Origin: Meiothermus sp. | Lineage (GTDB): Bacteria; Deinococcota; Deinococci; Deinococcales; Thermaceae | DNA: 28,469 nucleotides | Direction: 5' to 3' | NCBI GenBank assembly: GCA_033762915.1 | Contig: JANRLD010000037.1 | Location: 1 to 28,469 of the forward strand | Shown here: positions 7,839 to 16,375 of the stretch, in pieces | How positions within the stretch are numbered: position 1 is the first letter of the stretch | Layout of the letters: the number at the start of each line of letters is the position of its first letter | Position numbers and translations under genes: made by a program | The notes under the pieces: model-generated | The model's database searches: none | The model's input: only the letters and a program-made list of their open reading frames with translations | What the model was told of the DNA's origin: nothing

Positions 7839-9121
7839 CCGGAGGCCGCGTGAGGCACCTTTTGTCAACCCTACTGCTGGGCCTGCTCCTGGGGCAGGCC
7901 CAGGCCCACCCCATGCCCGGCTCGGCAGTGCTGCTGGACATCCAGGCGCAGAGCGTCGGGGCGACCCTGCAAATCCCGCTCTCGGAGCTGGGTGTGGCGA
8001 TGAACAGAGACCTGAGCGGTGAGCTTACCGCCGCCGCTCGGGCCGAGGTCGGGGTCTACCTGCTGGCCCACGTGGGTGCCACCTCCCCGGACGGGAGAGC
8101 TTGGACGGTGAAGGTGGAGGGCCTCGAGCTTACCGACGCCCGCCAGACTGCCGGAGCCTACCGCGAACTCGAGGCCCGCCTGGCCCTCACCCCGCCACAG
8201 GGCTCCGACCCTCGAGTGTTCACCTTGCACTACGATGCGGTGATTGCCCAGGTGCCCACCCACACCGCGCTGGTCTCGGTGCGGCAGGACTGGCAGGGCG
8301 GCATCACCCCGGAGACTGGGGCCACCGCAGTCGGGGTGTTCCGGGTTAACCCGGTGAGTGGGGGGGTCGACGCGCTCGAGGTCGACCGCAGCAGCGGGAG
8401 CTTGTGGCGCGGTCTGGCGGGGATGTTCCGGCTGGGGCTCGCGCACATTGCGCAGGGCACCGACCACCTGCTGTTCCTGCTGACCCTGCTGCTGCCCGCC
8501 GTGGCGGTAGCCCGCCGCCGGCGCTGGGCAGGCTTCGCGGGGGTACGCGGCTCGCTGCTGGGCATCCTCAAGATCGTCACCGCCTTCACGCTGGGTCACT
8601 CGCTCACGCTGATCCTGGGGGCGCTGCTGCGGGTCAACATCCCGCCGCAGCCTGTCGAGGCGCTGATCGCCCTGAGCATCCTGGTCAGCGCCGTCCACGC
8701 CCTCCGCCCGGTCTTTGTGGGGCGCGAGGCCTGGGTGGCGGCGGGCTTCGGGCTGATCCACGGGATGGCCTTCTCCTTCACCCTCTCGGAGCTGCAACTC
8801 GACGGCCCGCAGATGGCCCTGAGCCTGCTGGGCTTCAACCTCGGCATCGAGGCCATGCAACTGGCGGTGATCGCCCTGACAATCCCCTGGCTGATCCTGC
8901 TGGCGCGCACGCCCCTCTACGCGCCCATGCGGGCGGCGGGAGCGCTGGTGGCCGCAGCGGCGGCGCTGGGCTGGCTGGGGCAGCGGCTGGGCTGGGCCAA
9001 CCCGCTGGGCAGCCTGGCCGACGCGCTCAGCCCCTACGGGGTTTGGGTGATAGCGGCCCTGGCGCTGCTGGCGCTGGTTGCCAGCTCGGTGCAGCGCCTG
9101 CGAACCGGCGCGGCGAGGTGA
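7835..9121 (+). CDS. HupE/UreJ-family membrane protein with N-terminal extracytoplasmic domain
   Basis: Signal ending AQA-HPM; GLAHIAQGTDHLLFLLTLL, TAFTLGHSLTL, FGLIHGMAF and LGFNLGIE motifs. GTGA overlap with the upstream stop; alternative GTG at 7850. Confidence 0.88.
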   Translation: MTGGRVRHLLSTLLLGLLLGQAQAHPMPGSAVLLDIQAQSVGATLQIPLSELGVAMNRDLSGELTAAARAEVGVYLLAHVGATSPDGRAWTVKVEGLELTDARQTAGAYRELEARLALTPPQGSDPRVFTLHYDAVIAQVPTHTALVSVRQDWQGGITPETGATAVGVFRVNPVSGGVDALEVDRSSGSLWRGLAGMFRLGLAHIAQGTDHLLFLLTLLLPAVAVARRRRWAGFAGVRGSLLGILKIVTAFTLGHSLTLILGALLRVNIPPQPVEALIALSILVSAVHALRPVFVGREAWVAAGFGLIHGMAFSFTLSELQLDGPQMALSLLGFNLGIEAMQLAVIALTIPWLILLARTPLYAPMRAAGALVAAAAALGWLGQRLGWANPLGSLADALSPYGVWVIAALALLALVASSVQRLRTGAAR

Positions 9122-9125
9122 CCCG

Positions 9126-9770
9126 ATGCGACGAATCCTTCTTCTGCTGACCCTGGCCCTACTGGGCGGCTGGGCGGTGGCCCACCCGATAGACGAGCTG
9201 GTGCAGGCCTCCTATCTGAGCCTGAGCCCGGATGCCCTCGAGCTGGAACTCAACCTGACCCCCGGCGCTCAGGTCGCCGCGCCGATGATGCAACTCGTGG
9301 ACACCGACCGCGACGGCCTACTGACTCAGGCCGAGGTCGAGCGGTACGCGGCAAACGTTTTGAGTGAGCTGCGCCTGAGTGTGGACGGGCGGGCGGTGAA
9401 CCTCGAGCTGGCTCGAGTCACCAAGCCTCAGACCTCGGCGTTTGTGGCAGGGGGCGGAACCGTGCAGATCATCGCCCGTGCCGCACTGCCGGGCGGTGCC
9501 GGGCGGCACGTCCTCGAGTTTGAGAACCTGCACGCCCCGGTCAAGAGCGGCTACCTTTCCAACGGCTTTGCGCAGTCGGACTCTATCCAGCTTTTCAGCC
9601 AGACCCGCAACGACGACCAGAGCGCTTATCGCCTCGAGTACGGCCGCGCATCCGGGGGTGGCGGGTATGCGACTTACCTGGCGTTGGCACTGGCGCTGGC
9701 GATCGGGATGACGGCCTCGGGGGTTTGGTGGACGAGACGCCGGAGGGTAGGGGAGGTTTCCAGGGCATAA
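9126..9770 (+). CDS. Exported, C-terminally anchored hypothetical protein with EF-hand-like loop
   Basis: Signal MRRILLLL...AVA-HPIDE, loop DTDRDGLLTQAE, C-terminal hydrophobic helix followed by RRRR. Confidence 0.75.
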   Translation: MRRILLLLTLALLGGWAVAHPIDELVQASYLSLSPDALELELNLTPGAQVAAPMMQLVDTDRDGLLTQAEVERYAANVLSELRLSVDGRAVNLELARVTKPQTSAFVAGGGTVQIIARAALPGGAGRHVLEFENLHAPVKSGYLSNGFAQSDSIQLFSQTRNDDQSAYRLEYGRASGGGGYATYLALALALAIGMTASGVWWTRRRRVGEVSRA

Positions 9771-9908
9771 ACCGTTGGGCCCAGCATCGTGCGCCTGGTC
9801 TCCAGGCCCAGTGGGTCACATTGCCGACCTCGGTGCTGCACGGGCCAACCACGAGGGATTATGTGGCGAGCACTGCCCTACAAAAACCTTGCCGATACAA
9901 GCATCAAC

Positions 9909-9944
9909 AAGGAGCCTGGAGGGGCTTCTTCGAGGCTCCTTCTT
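9909..9944 (+). terminator. Probable terminator of the DUF3500 operon
   Basis: Stem AAGGAGCCT...AGGCTCCTT followed by CTT. Confidence 0.55.
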
Positions 9945-9951
9945 ACCCCGC

Positions 9952-10104
9952 AAAGTTGCGCCAGGGTAGAGGTGCGGAATCGGCGGAAGCGGCAACTACG
10001 TGCCAGGGCGGAGTGGCGTGCGCCATAGCCGCGGAGCGGCTACCCGAGGCGCAATTCCCTGCGGCAGCTGGCGGGCGACATGTCGTATTCCAAACTATGG
10101 AGAC
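9952..10104 (+). repeat. Structured element family A, copy 2 (3' end truncated, 42-nt internal expansion)
   Basis: AAAGTTGCGCCAGGGTAGAGGTGCGGAATCGGCGG...GGCGCAATT...AACTATGGAGAC. Lacks the terminal ACTTA where family B sequence starts. Confidence 0.85.
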
Positions 10105-10106
10105 TG

Positions 10107-10256
10107 AGAGCGGTTCCCACACATGCTCCCTACGGCGCTAAAGCGGGCGGTTTTTGCTGTAGAGCGGTTCCCACGAACACTCGGTACGGCGGTTTTTGCC
10201 GTACCGAGTGCACTACTCCGCTTTAGCGCAGCACTGTGGGCGGAGTAGTGGTGGGA
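10107..10256 (-). repeat. MITE-like repeat family B, copy on minus strand (core 10161-10256 plus extra end module 10107-10160)
   Basis: AGAGCGGTTCCCAC occurs at 10107 and 10161. The core is the reverse complement of the 6502-6617 and 16165-16293 cores. Confidence 0.88.
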
Positions 10257-10466
10257 GGCGTCTAGCCCGGCGCACTGAGCGTCAGAGACGGCCACCGCCG
10301 CTGACCTGGAAGTTTCATCGCCCTTCAGGAGACCGACCTTTTCTTGCGCAAGTTGCTGGCGCTGCCGGGTCTGCGCATCATGGGCCGCCCCGCCTCACGC
10401 ACAAGAAGAACATCAAAGGCTACGCGCTGCGCGGCTTCCGGCGGAGCCTCGGGGGAAAGGCCGGGC

Positions 10467-11297
10467 TCAGTGCCCGCGCTCGGTGATCATTCCGGGCCGC
10501 ACGCCTAGCCCCATCGAGGCGTCGATCACCGCGCCGTGCAGGGGGGTGGAGTAGCTCGAGGCCAGGAACAGCATCACCGAGGCGATCTCCGAGGGCTCGA
10601 TGATGCGGTGCTTGGGCAGGGACTCGAGGAACTTCCGGCGCTCCTCGGGCGTCATGGCCTCCAAGGTGCTGGCCTGGAACATGGGGGTGTTGGTGGCGCC
10701 GGGGCAGACCGCAAACACGTCCACCCCGGTGTGGACCAGCTCGGCGGCGAGCTGGCGGGTCAGGAAGGCCACTGCGGCCTTGCTCATGCCGTCGGAGAGG
10801 CGGAAGCCGGGGAAGACCTGCACCCCGCCCCCCACCGAGCTGACGTTGATGATCTTGAGCGGCTCGTGCAGGTGGTCCTTCATGAGCTCGAGGAAGCTCT
10901 GGCAGACCTTCAGGGCCCCGTCGGCGTTGATGGAGAGCATAGCCGAGTCCTGGGCGTCCGGCGCTTCGGCGTAGGCCCGCACGGTGGCGGTCCCCACCGC
11001 CGCCAGGTGCATCAGGATGTCCAGGCGGCCCCAGCGGTCCCTGGCGGCCTGCATGCTGGCCCGGATTGAGCCGGCCGAGCGCAGGTCCAGCGGGTGCGCG
11101 GAGAGCATCTCGGGGCTGGTGGCGACCAGACTCTGTGCCCTCTCGAGCGGCTCGAACCCCTCGGCGTAGGTGAAGGCCACCCGGCAGCCGTGGGCCACCA
11201 GTGCGCGAACGCACTCGAGGCCGATGCCCCCCAGCCCGCCGGTCACAAAGGCTGCCTTGCCCCGCAGGCCGGGGCGCAAGTCCATCACTGTGTCCAT
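10467..11297 (-). CDS. Short-chain dehydrogenase/reductase, atypical active site
   Basis: VTGGLGGIG Rossmann motif, GRLDIL, IINVSSVGG, AVCPGATNTPM. The YxxxK position reads DGMSK. Confidence 0.9.
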   Translation of the reverse strand: MDTVMDLRPGLRGKAAFVTGGLGGIGLECVRALVAHGCRVAFTYAEGFEPLERAQSLVATSPEMLSAHPLDLRSAGSIRASMQAARDRWGRLDILMHLAAVGTATVRAYAEAPDAQDSAMLSINADGALKVCQSFLELMKDHLHEPLKIINVSSVGGGVQVFPGFRLSDGMSKAAVAFLTRQLAAELVHTGVDVFAVCPGATNTPMFQASTLEAMTPEERRKFLESLPKHRIIEPSEIASVMLFLASSYSTPLHGAVIDASMGLGVRPGMITERGH

Positions 11298-11306
11298 ATA
11301 GCGCCG

Positions 11307-11335
11307 ACGATACGGCCGGCCGCCGGGGCTGTCAA
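11307..11335 (-). promoter_or_regulatory. Sigma-70-type promoter of the SDR gene (near-leaderless)
   Basis: TTGACA (11335-11330)-17 nt-TATCGT (11312-11307), 9 nt before ATG 11297. Confidence 0.75.
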
Positions 11336-11347
11336 ACCGCCGCCCCG

Positions 11348-11629
11348 TCAGTTCCAGCGCTCCTTTGAGGCCACCACCAGCAGGACGAAGAGCAGGTACA
11401 GCACGGCAGGTACCGCCAGGATCAGGGCGATGGCGACGGCCAGACCACCGTGGCCCGCCAGCCGCGCCCACTGGCTGCCCGCCAGAACCCCGACCACCAG
11501 CAGCAACAAGACCAGCCACAGGCCCAGGTTGAACGACGAGATCGTGCCGTTGCCCAGACCGCTGACAAAAATGTAGAGGGCGACCAGCCCCACCGCCGCA
11601 CCTATCCCCCAGACAATCCAGAAGAACAT
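11348..11629 (-). CDS. Small hypothetical membrane protein (93 aa, 3 TM)
   Basis: AGGAG RBS, three hydrophobic segments, fills the gap between SDR and regulator. Confidence 0.75.
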   Translation of the reverse strand: MFFWIVWGIGAAVGLVALYIFVSGLGNGTISSFNLGLWLVLLLLVVGVLAGSQWARLAGHGGLAVAIALILAVPAVLYLLFVLLVVASKERWN

Positions 11630-11884
11630 GATGCATTCTCCTACACCGCTGGAAAACCGGGGGCGGGAAAAGCGGGCCGAACAGAGTCCTGACAGCGGTT
11701 ACCGCCCTTACGCCTCATGCAGCAGTGCACTAAAGCGGGCGCTGAAGCGGGCTTTAGGTACCCCGCGCGTCTGGGTCTCTGCGTGCGGGGCATATGTGAG
11801 AATCGCTGTTGCACTGGAAAACCGCCCTAGCTTCTCTGCCGCGAAGCTTTTACGGTAGTATCCGGATTGTATCTGGACGATTCT

Positions 11885-14845
11885 ATGCCCCACCTCTCGG
11901 TCAAACTTATGGGCGGGCCCCAGGCAGTGCTGGGCTCGAGGATCGTCGTCTTCCCCGAGGACAAGCGCTACCTGCTGCTGGCCTACCTGGCCTACCGTGG
12001 TGACTGGGTCGGCCGCGAACAACTGGCCTATCTGTTCTGGTCGGAGACCGACAGCGCCACCGCCCGCAAGAACCTGCGCCACCTTCTGACCCGCGTGCGG
12101 GCGATGGACTGGGAGCCTCAGATCCAGACCGAGCGCGAACACCTGCGCTGGCCGGTGGACACCGACACCGCCGCCTTCAACCGGGCCTGCGCCCAGTCCG
12201 ACTGGGAGGGGGCGGCGCGGGCCTTCGGGGGCAACCTGCTGCACGGCTTCAGCGCCGACGACTCGCCGGAGTTCGCGGCCTGGCTCGAGACCGAGCGCGA
12301 AGGGCTGGCCCAGCGCTGGCGGCAGGCGGTCTTCCAGCACAGCAGCACCCTCGAGGCCAGCGGCAAAGCCATGCAGGCCCTCGAGTCGCTGCGCCAACTT
12401 CTGGAATTCAACCTGCTCGACGAGGAAGCCCTCGAGCGCTATATGCAGGCCGCCGCCCAGGCGGGCGAGCCGCGCCAGGCGCTGCGGGCCTACGAGCGCT
12501 TCGCGTCGCACCTCGAGCGGGAGTTGGGCCTGCCCCCCACGCTGGGCCTCGAGCGCCTGGCCGAGTCCATCCGGCAGAAGGGCCAGACCCTCACGCAGGA
12601 GGCTCCCGCCGAGCCCGCGGCCCCCCAGACCCCGCACTTGCCCGCCGCCCCCACCACTTTCGTGGGACGTGACCTCGAGCTGGCCGAGGTGGCCGAGACC
12701 CTGAGGCAGCCGGAGTGCCGCCTGCTCACCCTGGCTGGCCCTGGCGGGGTGGGCAAGTCGCGGATCGCCCTGCAGACCGCACTCGAGCAATCCTCCCGGT
12801 TTCCCGGCGGAGCCTACTTCGTCGCCCTCGACACGGTGGGCACACCCGAGCAGATTCCCCTGCGGGTTGCCGAGACCTTCAAACTGACCCTTAAGGGATC
12901 CGATCCCCCCCTGGCCCAGATCATCCGGACCGTCGGGGAGCAGGAGATGCTCCTGGTGCTGGACAACTTCGAGCACCTCTTGGGGGGCGCCAACGTGGCC
13001 GCCGAGCTGTTGGAACACTGCCCCAATCTGCGTCTGCTGGTGACCTCGAGAGAGCGGCTCAACCTCGACGCGGAGTGGGTGCTGCCGGTGCGGGGGCTGG
13101 CCCTGCCCGAAGCCGGGGCGGGGCTGGAGGAGGCCCTGCACTACGACGCGCCGCGGCTCTTCGCACTGCGGGTGCAGCAGGTGCGCCCGGACTTTGAGCT
13201 AAACCGGCAAACCTTGCCCCAGGTGCTAACGATCTGCCAGACGGTGGAGGGGTTCCCACTGGCCCTCGAGCTGGCGGCGGCCTGGGCGCGGGTGCTGCCC
13301 CTCGAGGAGATCGCGCGGGAGGTGGGGGGCAGCCCTGAGTTCCTGGTCAGCCCCAGTCGCGATGCCCGGTCCCGCCACCGCAGCATGGAGGCGGTCTTCG
13401 AGCACTCCTGGCTGCTGCTGACCCCCCTCGAGCAGACCGCCCTGCGGCGGCTGGCGGTCTTCTACGGCGGCTTCCGGGCCGAGGCGGTGCGGCAAGTCAG
13501 CGGCACACCGCTGCCGGTGCTGGCCGCGCTGGTGGACAAGTCGCTGCTGCGCCTGGCCCCCTCGGGCCGCTACGACCGCCACGCCCTGCTCTACCAGTAC
13601 ATGCAGAATAAGCTGGGCGAGCTGCCCGAGGAGGAGCGCGAGGCCCGCAGCAGCCACAGCCAGTACTACCTGCGCCTGCTGGCCAGGGCCATCGAGGAGA
13701 TTCGCGGGCCGGACTCCAAGCGGGTTCTCGAGGCCCTGGAGGAGGAGTTGGGCAACCTTCGGCTGGCCTGGAGCCGGGCACTGCAAGAGGGGCGGTTCCA
13801 GGCCGTTAAGGAGGCCTCGGAATCACTGATGCGCTTCTTCGACGCCAGGGGGCGCTTCCAGGAGGGCGTGGAGATGTTCGCCGAGGCCCGCGAGGCTCTG
13901 GAGGCGCAAGGTCCACAGCACCACGCTGCGCTGGGGACGGTACTGGTGTTTCTGGGCAAGTTCCGCCAGCGCCTGCGCCAACTGGACGACGCCGACCAGA
14001 CCACCCAGCGCGGCCTGGACTTGCTGCGCTCCCTGCCGCTTCAAGAACCTGAGCCCGTGATCTGGGGTTTGGGGACGCTGGGCACCACCGCCAACCTTCG
14101 GGGCCGCAACGAGGCCGCGCTGGCCTACCGCCTCGAGGCGCTGCACGAGGCCCACCAGATCTCCAACGCCCGGCTGATCGCGGTCTGCTCGGGCTGGGTG
14201 GCCATCTCCGAGGACTCGCTGGGCAACTACTCCGAGGCAATCCGCCACTACCGCGAGGCCATCTCCTTGTTCAAGAAGCAGGGCAACCGCATCGGCGCCC
14301 TCTACAACACCAGCCAGCTGGGGGCTTTGCTGCTCCAACTGAACCGGGTCGAGGAGGCTCTGCCGCTGCTGGAAGAGGCCCTCGAGCAGTGCCGGGCCAG
14401 CGGCGAGCTGGTGATCCTGGGGGAGACCCTGATCTTGCTGTGCGAGTGCTACCTGCGGCTCGGGCAGACGGAGGCGGCGTGGGACTGCGCCCAGCAGGCC
14501 CTCCTGCTGAGCGCCGAGCACCCCTGGCAGTACAACGAGGCCCGGCTGTGGTCGCTGCTGAGCCAAGTCGCGCTGGCTCGAGGCAAGACTGCCCAGGCCC
14601 AGGAGCTATTCGTGCAGGCCCTGGACAAAGCCTGGGAAAACCGTGACCTGCCAGAGGCCCTCGAGGTGCTCTACACTTGGGCCACCACCCTGGGCGCCGA
14701 CAGCCCCGAGGCAGCCGGGGTGCTGCGCCTGATCGCCGACCACCCCGAGACCTTCCCCGAGACCCGCCAGAGGGCCCTGTCACTGCTGACCACCGACCAG
14801 GGGTACACGCTCGAGGGGGCCGTCAAGCACTTTCTGTACCGATAG
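11885..14845 (+). CDS. SARP/AfsR-type transcriptional regulator (wHTH-BTAD, NB-ARC ATPase, TPR repeats)
   Basis: LLLAYLA...REQLAYLFW...NLRHLL; BTAD region (FAAWLETERE, ELGLPP); Walker A GPGGVGKS; LLVLDNFEHL; GFPLALELAA; C-terminal TPR-like helices. Confidence 0.9.
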   Translation: MPHLSVKLMGGPQAVLGSRIVVFPEDKRYLLLAYLAYRGDWVGREQLAYLFWSETDSATARKNLRHLLTRVRAMDWEPQIQTEREHLRWPVDTDTAAFNRACAQSDWEGAARAFGGNLLHGFSADDSPEFAAWLETEREGLAQRWRQAVFQHSSTLEASGKAMQALESLRQLLEFNLLDEEALERYMQAAAQAGEPRQALRAYERFASHLERELGLPPTLGLERLAESIRQKGQTLTQEAPAEPAAPQTPHLPAAPTTFVGRDLELAEVAETLRQPECRLLTLAGPGGVGKSRIALQTALEQSSRFPGGAYFVALDTVGTPEQIPLRVAETFKLTLKGSDPPLAQIIRTVGEQEMLLVLDNFEHLLGGANVAAELLEHCPNLRLLVTSRERLNLDAEWVLPVRGLALPEAGAGLEEALHYDAPRLFALRVQQVRPDFELNRQTLPQVLTICQTVEGFPLALELAAAWARVLPLEEIAREVGGSPEFLVSPSRDARSRHRSMEAVFEHSWLLLTPLEQTALRRLAVFYGGFRAEAVRQVSGTPLPVLAALVDKSLLRLAPSGRYDRHALLYQYMQNKLGELPEEEREARSSHSQYYLRLLARAIEEIRGPDSKRVLEALEEELGNLRLAWSRALQEGRFQAVKEASESLMRFFDARGRFQEGVEMFAEAREALEAQGPQHHAALGTVLVFLGKFRQRLRQLDDADQTTQRGLDLLRSLPLQEPEPVIWGLGTLGTTANLRGRNEAALAYRLEALHEAHQISNARLIAVCSGWVAISEDSLGNYSEAIRHYREAISLFKKQGNRIGALYNTSQLGALLLQLNRVEEALPLLEEALEQCRASGELVILGETLILLCECYLRLGQTEAAWDCAQQALLLSAEHPWQYNEARLWSLLSQVALARGKTAQAQELFVQALDKAWENRDLPEALEVLYTWATTLGADSPEAAGVLRLIADHPETFPETRQRALSLLTTDQGYTLEGAVKHFLYR

Positions 14846-15044
14846 GCGGGCGAGGTGGGCGGCACCGCGCGCCCGGTTGGCTTGCGCGACGCTCGACCCA
14901 CCACAGCGATTCTCGAGTTGATTCCGCCAGCGCGGCGGGGGACGGATTTCGGCCACAAGCCCAGGCCTTGCAAGAATGAGCTTCAAACACATTCAGCTGG
15001 ATATAAGCTATAACCGGAGCGCAGCTCTAGAGCAGGAGATTGCG

Positions 15045-16091
15045 ATGAGCCAAAACCCAGTACCCTACGACCCCAGCTGGCCCCGCCTCTATGCCACCGA
15101 GAAGGCCCGACTTCTCAAAGCCCTGGGGTTCTGCACCGAGGGCGGGGTGGTTTACCAGATCGAGCAGGTGGGGGCCACCAGCGTGCCGGGGATGACCGCC
15201 GTCCCGCTGATCGAGGCGGTGATTGACGCTTACCCCTACCCCCTGCCGCCGGAGCGGGTCGCTGCAATGGAGCGGGCCGGTTATCGCTACTTGGGGCAGT
15301 CCGAAGACCGCCAGCGCTTCCGCAAGGGTGATACCTTCCAGGTCGAGGTGGTCTCCTTTGAGGGCGAGGGCTGGTCGGACGCGGTGTTGCTGCGCAACTA
15401 TCTGCGGGCCAGCGCCGACGCCGCCGAGCGCTTTTCGGCCCTACGGGGCCAGCCCGACGCGGAGCTGCGGCGCGAGGCCTACGCCTGGCACATTCACCGG
15501 ACCGGCTTCAAGCCGCTCGAGGTGCTGCGCGACGAGTTGGAGGGGCTGGACGCGCTGTGGATGGTCAGCAGTGGCTGGGCCTTAGACCTCTTCATGAACG
15601 CCCCCAGCCGCTACCACCACGACCTCGACATCACCATCTGGCGCGAGGATCAGACCCGCCTCCAGCGCCACCTCGAGGGGCGCGGCTGGCAGATGCACAA
15701 GATCGTCAGCCAGGGCCAGTACGCGCTGTGGGAAACCGGCGAGTACCTCCAGGCCCCGGTCCACCAGATTCACGCCCGGCGCGGCGAGGACAACTTCCTG
15801 GACATCCTGATTTCGCCCCGCCAGGGCGGCAGCTGGGTCTACCGCCGCAACCCCTCGGTCAAGATACCCATCGCCCAGGCCCGCATGGAGTCTCGAGGCA
15901 TCCCTCACCTGGCCCCCGAGGTGGTGTTGCTGTTCAAGAGCGGCTCCGCCGCCGCCCCCACCAAGAACCGAAGCAAAGATCAGCAGGACTTCGAGCGTGT
16001 CCTCCCAGCCCTCCCCAAGAAGCGCCGCCTGTGGCTTAAAGAGACCCTGCTCGAGCTGCACCCCACCCACCCGTGGCTCGATCAGATGTAG
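15045..16091 (+). CDS. Fusion of a GrpB-like domain and an aminoglycoside/lincosamide nucleotidyltransferase-like domain
   Basis: AGGAG RBS. N-terminal YDPSWP...IEQVGATSVPG...LRNYLR; C-terminal WMVSSGWALDLF...RYHHDLDI...APEVVLLFK...KDQQDF. Confidence 0.8.
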   Translation: MSQNPVPYDPSWPRLYATEKARLLKALGFCTEGGVVYQIEQVGATSVPGMTAVPLIEAVIDAYPYPLPPERVAAMERAGYRYLGQSEDRQRFRKGDTFQVEVVSFEGEGWSDAVLLRNYLRASADAAERFSALRGQPDAELRREAYAWHIHRTGFKPLEVLRDELEGLDALWMVSSGWALDLFMNAPSRYHHDLDITIWREDQTRLQRHLEGRGWQMHKIVSQGQYALWETGEYLQAPVHQIHARRGEDNFLDILISPRQGGSWVYRRNPSVKIPIAQARMESRGIPHLAPEVVLLFKSGSAAAPTKNRSKDQQDFERVLPALPKKRRLWLKETLLELHPTHPWLDQM

Positions 16092-16113
16092 CGGTGAGGC
16101 GCCAGCGGTTCTG

Positions 16114-16293
16114 ATCGCGTTTCCCACCCTTACCTCCCTCGCGGCAGCAGGTAATGTACTCCCTATCGCGTTTCCCACCACTACTCCGCCCACGGTGCGG
16201 CACTAAAGCGTGCGGTAATGCGTGCGCTAAAGCGGAGTAGTGCACTCGGCACGGCAAAAAACCGCCGTACCGAGTGTTCGTGGGAACCACTCT
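16114..16293 (+). repeat. MITE-like modular repeat family B, copy 3
   Basis: Same modules as 6451-6617, with a longer loop in the first core hairpin. Confidence 0.9.
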
Positions 16294-16302
16294 GAGTTGA
16301 TT

Positions 16303-16328
16303 CCCTCAGCACCGGCCCTGAGGGTTTT
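16303..16328 (+). terminator. Intrinsic terminator between convergent genes
   Basis: Stem CCCTCAG/CTGAGGG followed by TTTT. Confidence 0.65.
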
Positions 16329-16375
16329 GCTGACTCCCACCGCCTTTAACCGGCCTTACTGCTTTTCCCCGTGGC

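Noticed and set aside
3981..10460. Genomic island integrated at tRNA-Lys
   Set aside because: No integrase and no duplicated tRNA 3' end seen in the window.
11298..11636. Long N-terminal extension of the SDR ORF
   Set aside because: Overlaps the 93-aa membrane protein gene in another frame; a clear promoter sits just before ATG 11297.
6451..16293. Family B or A repeats as a CRISPR array or integron attC sites
   Set aside because: Dispersed rather than regularly spaced; no cas genes or integrase; no RYYYAAC/GTTRRRY core sites.
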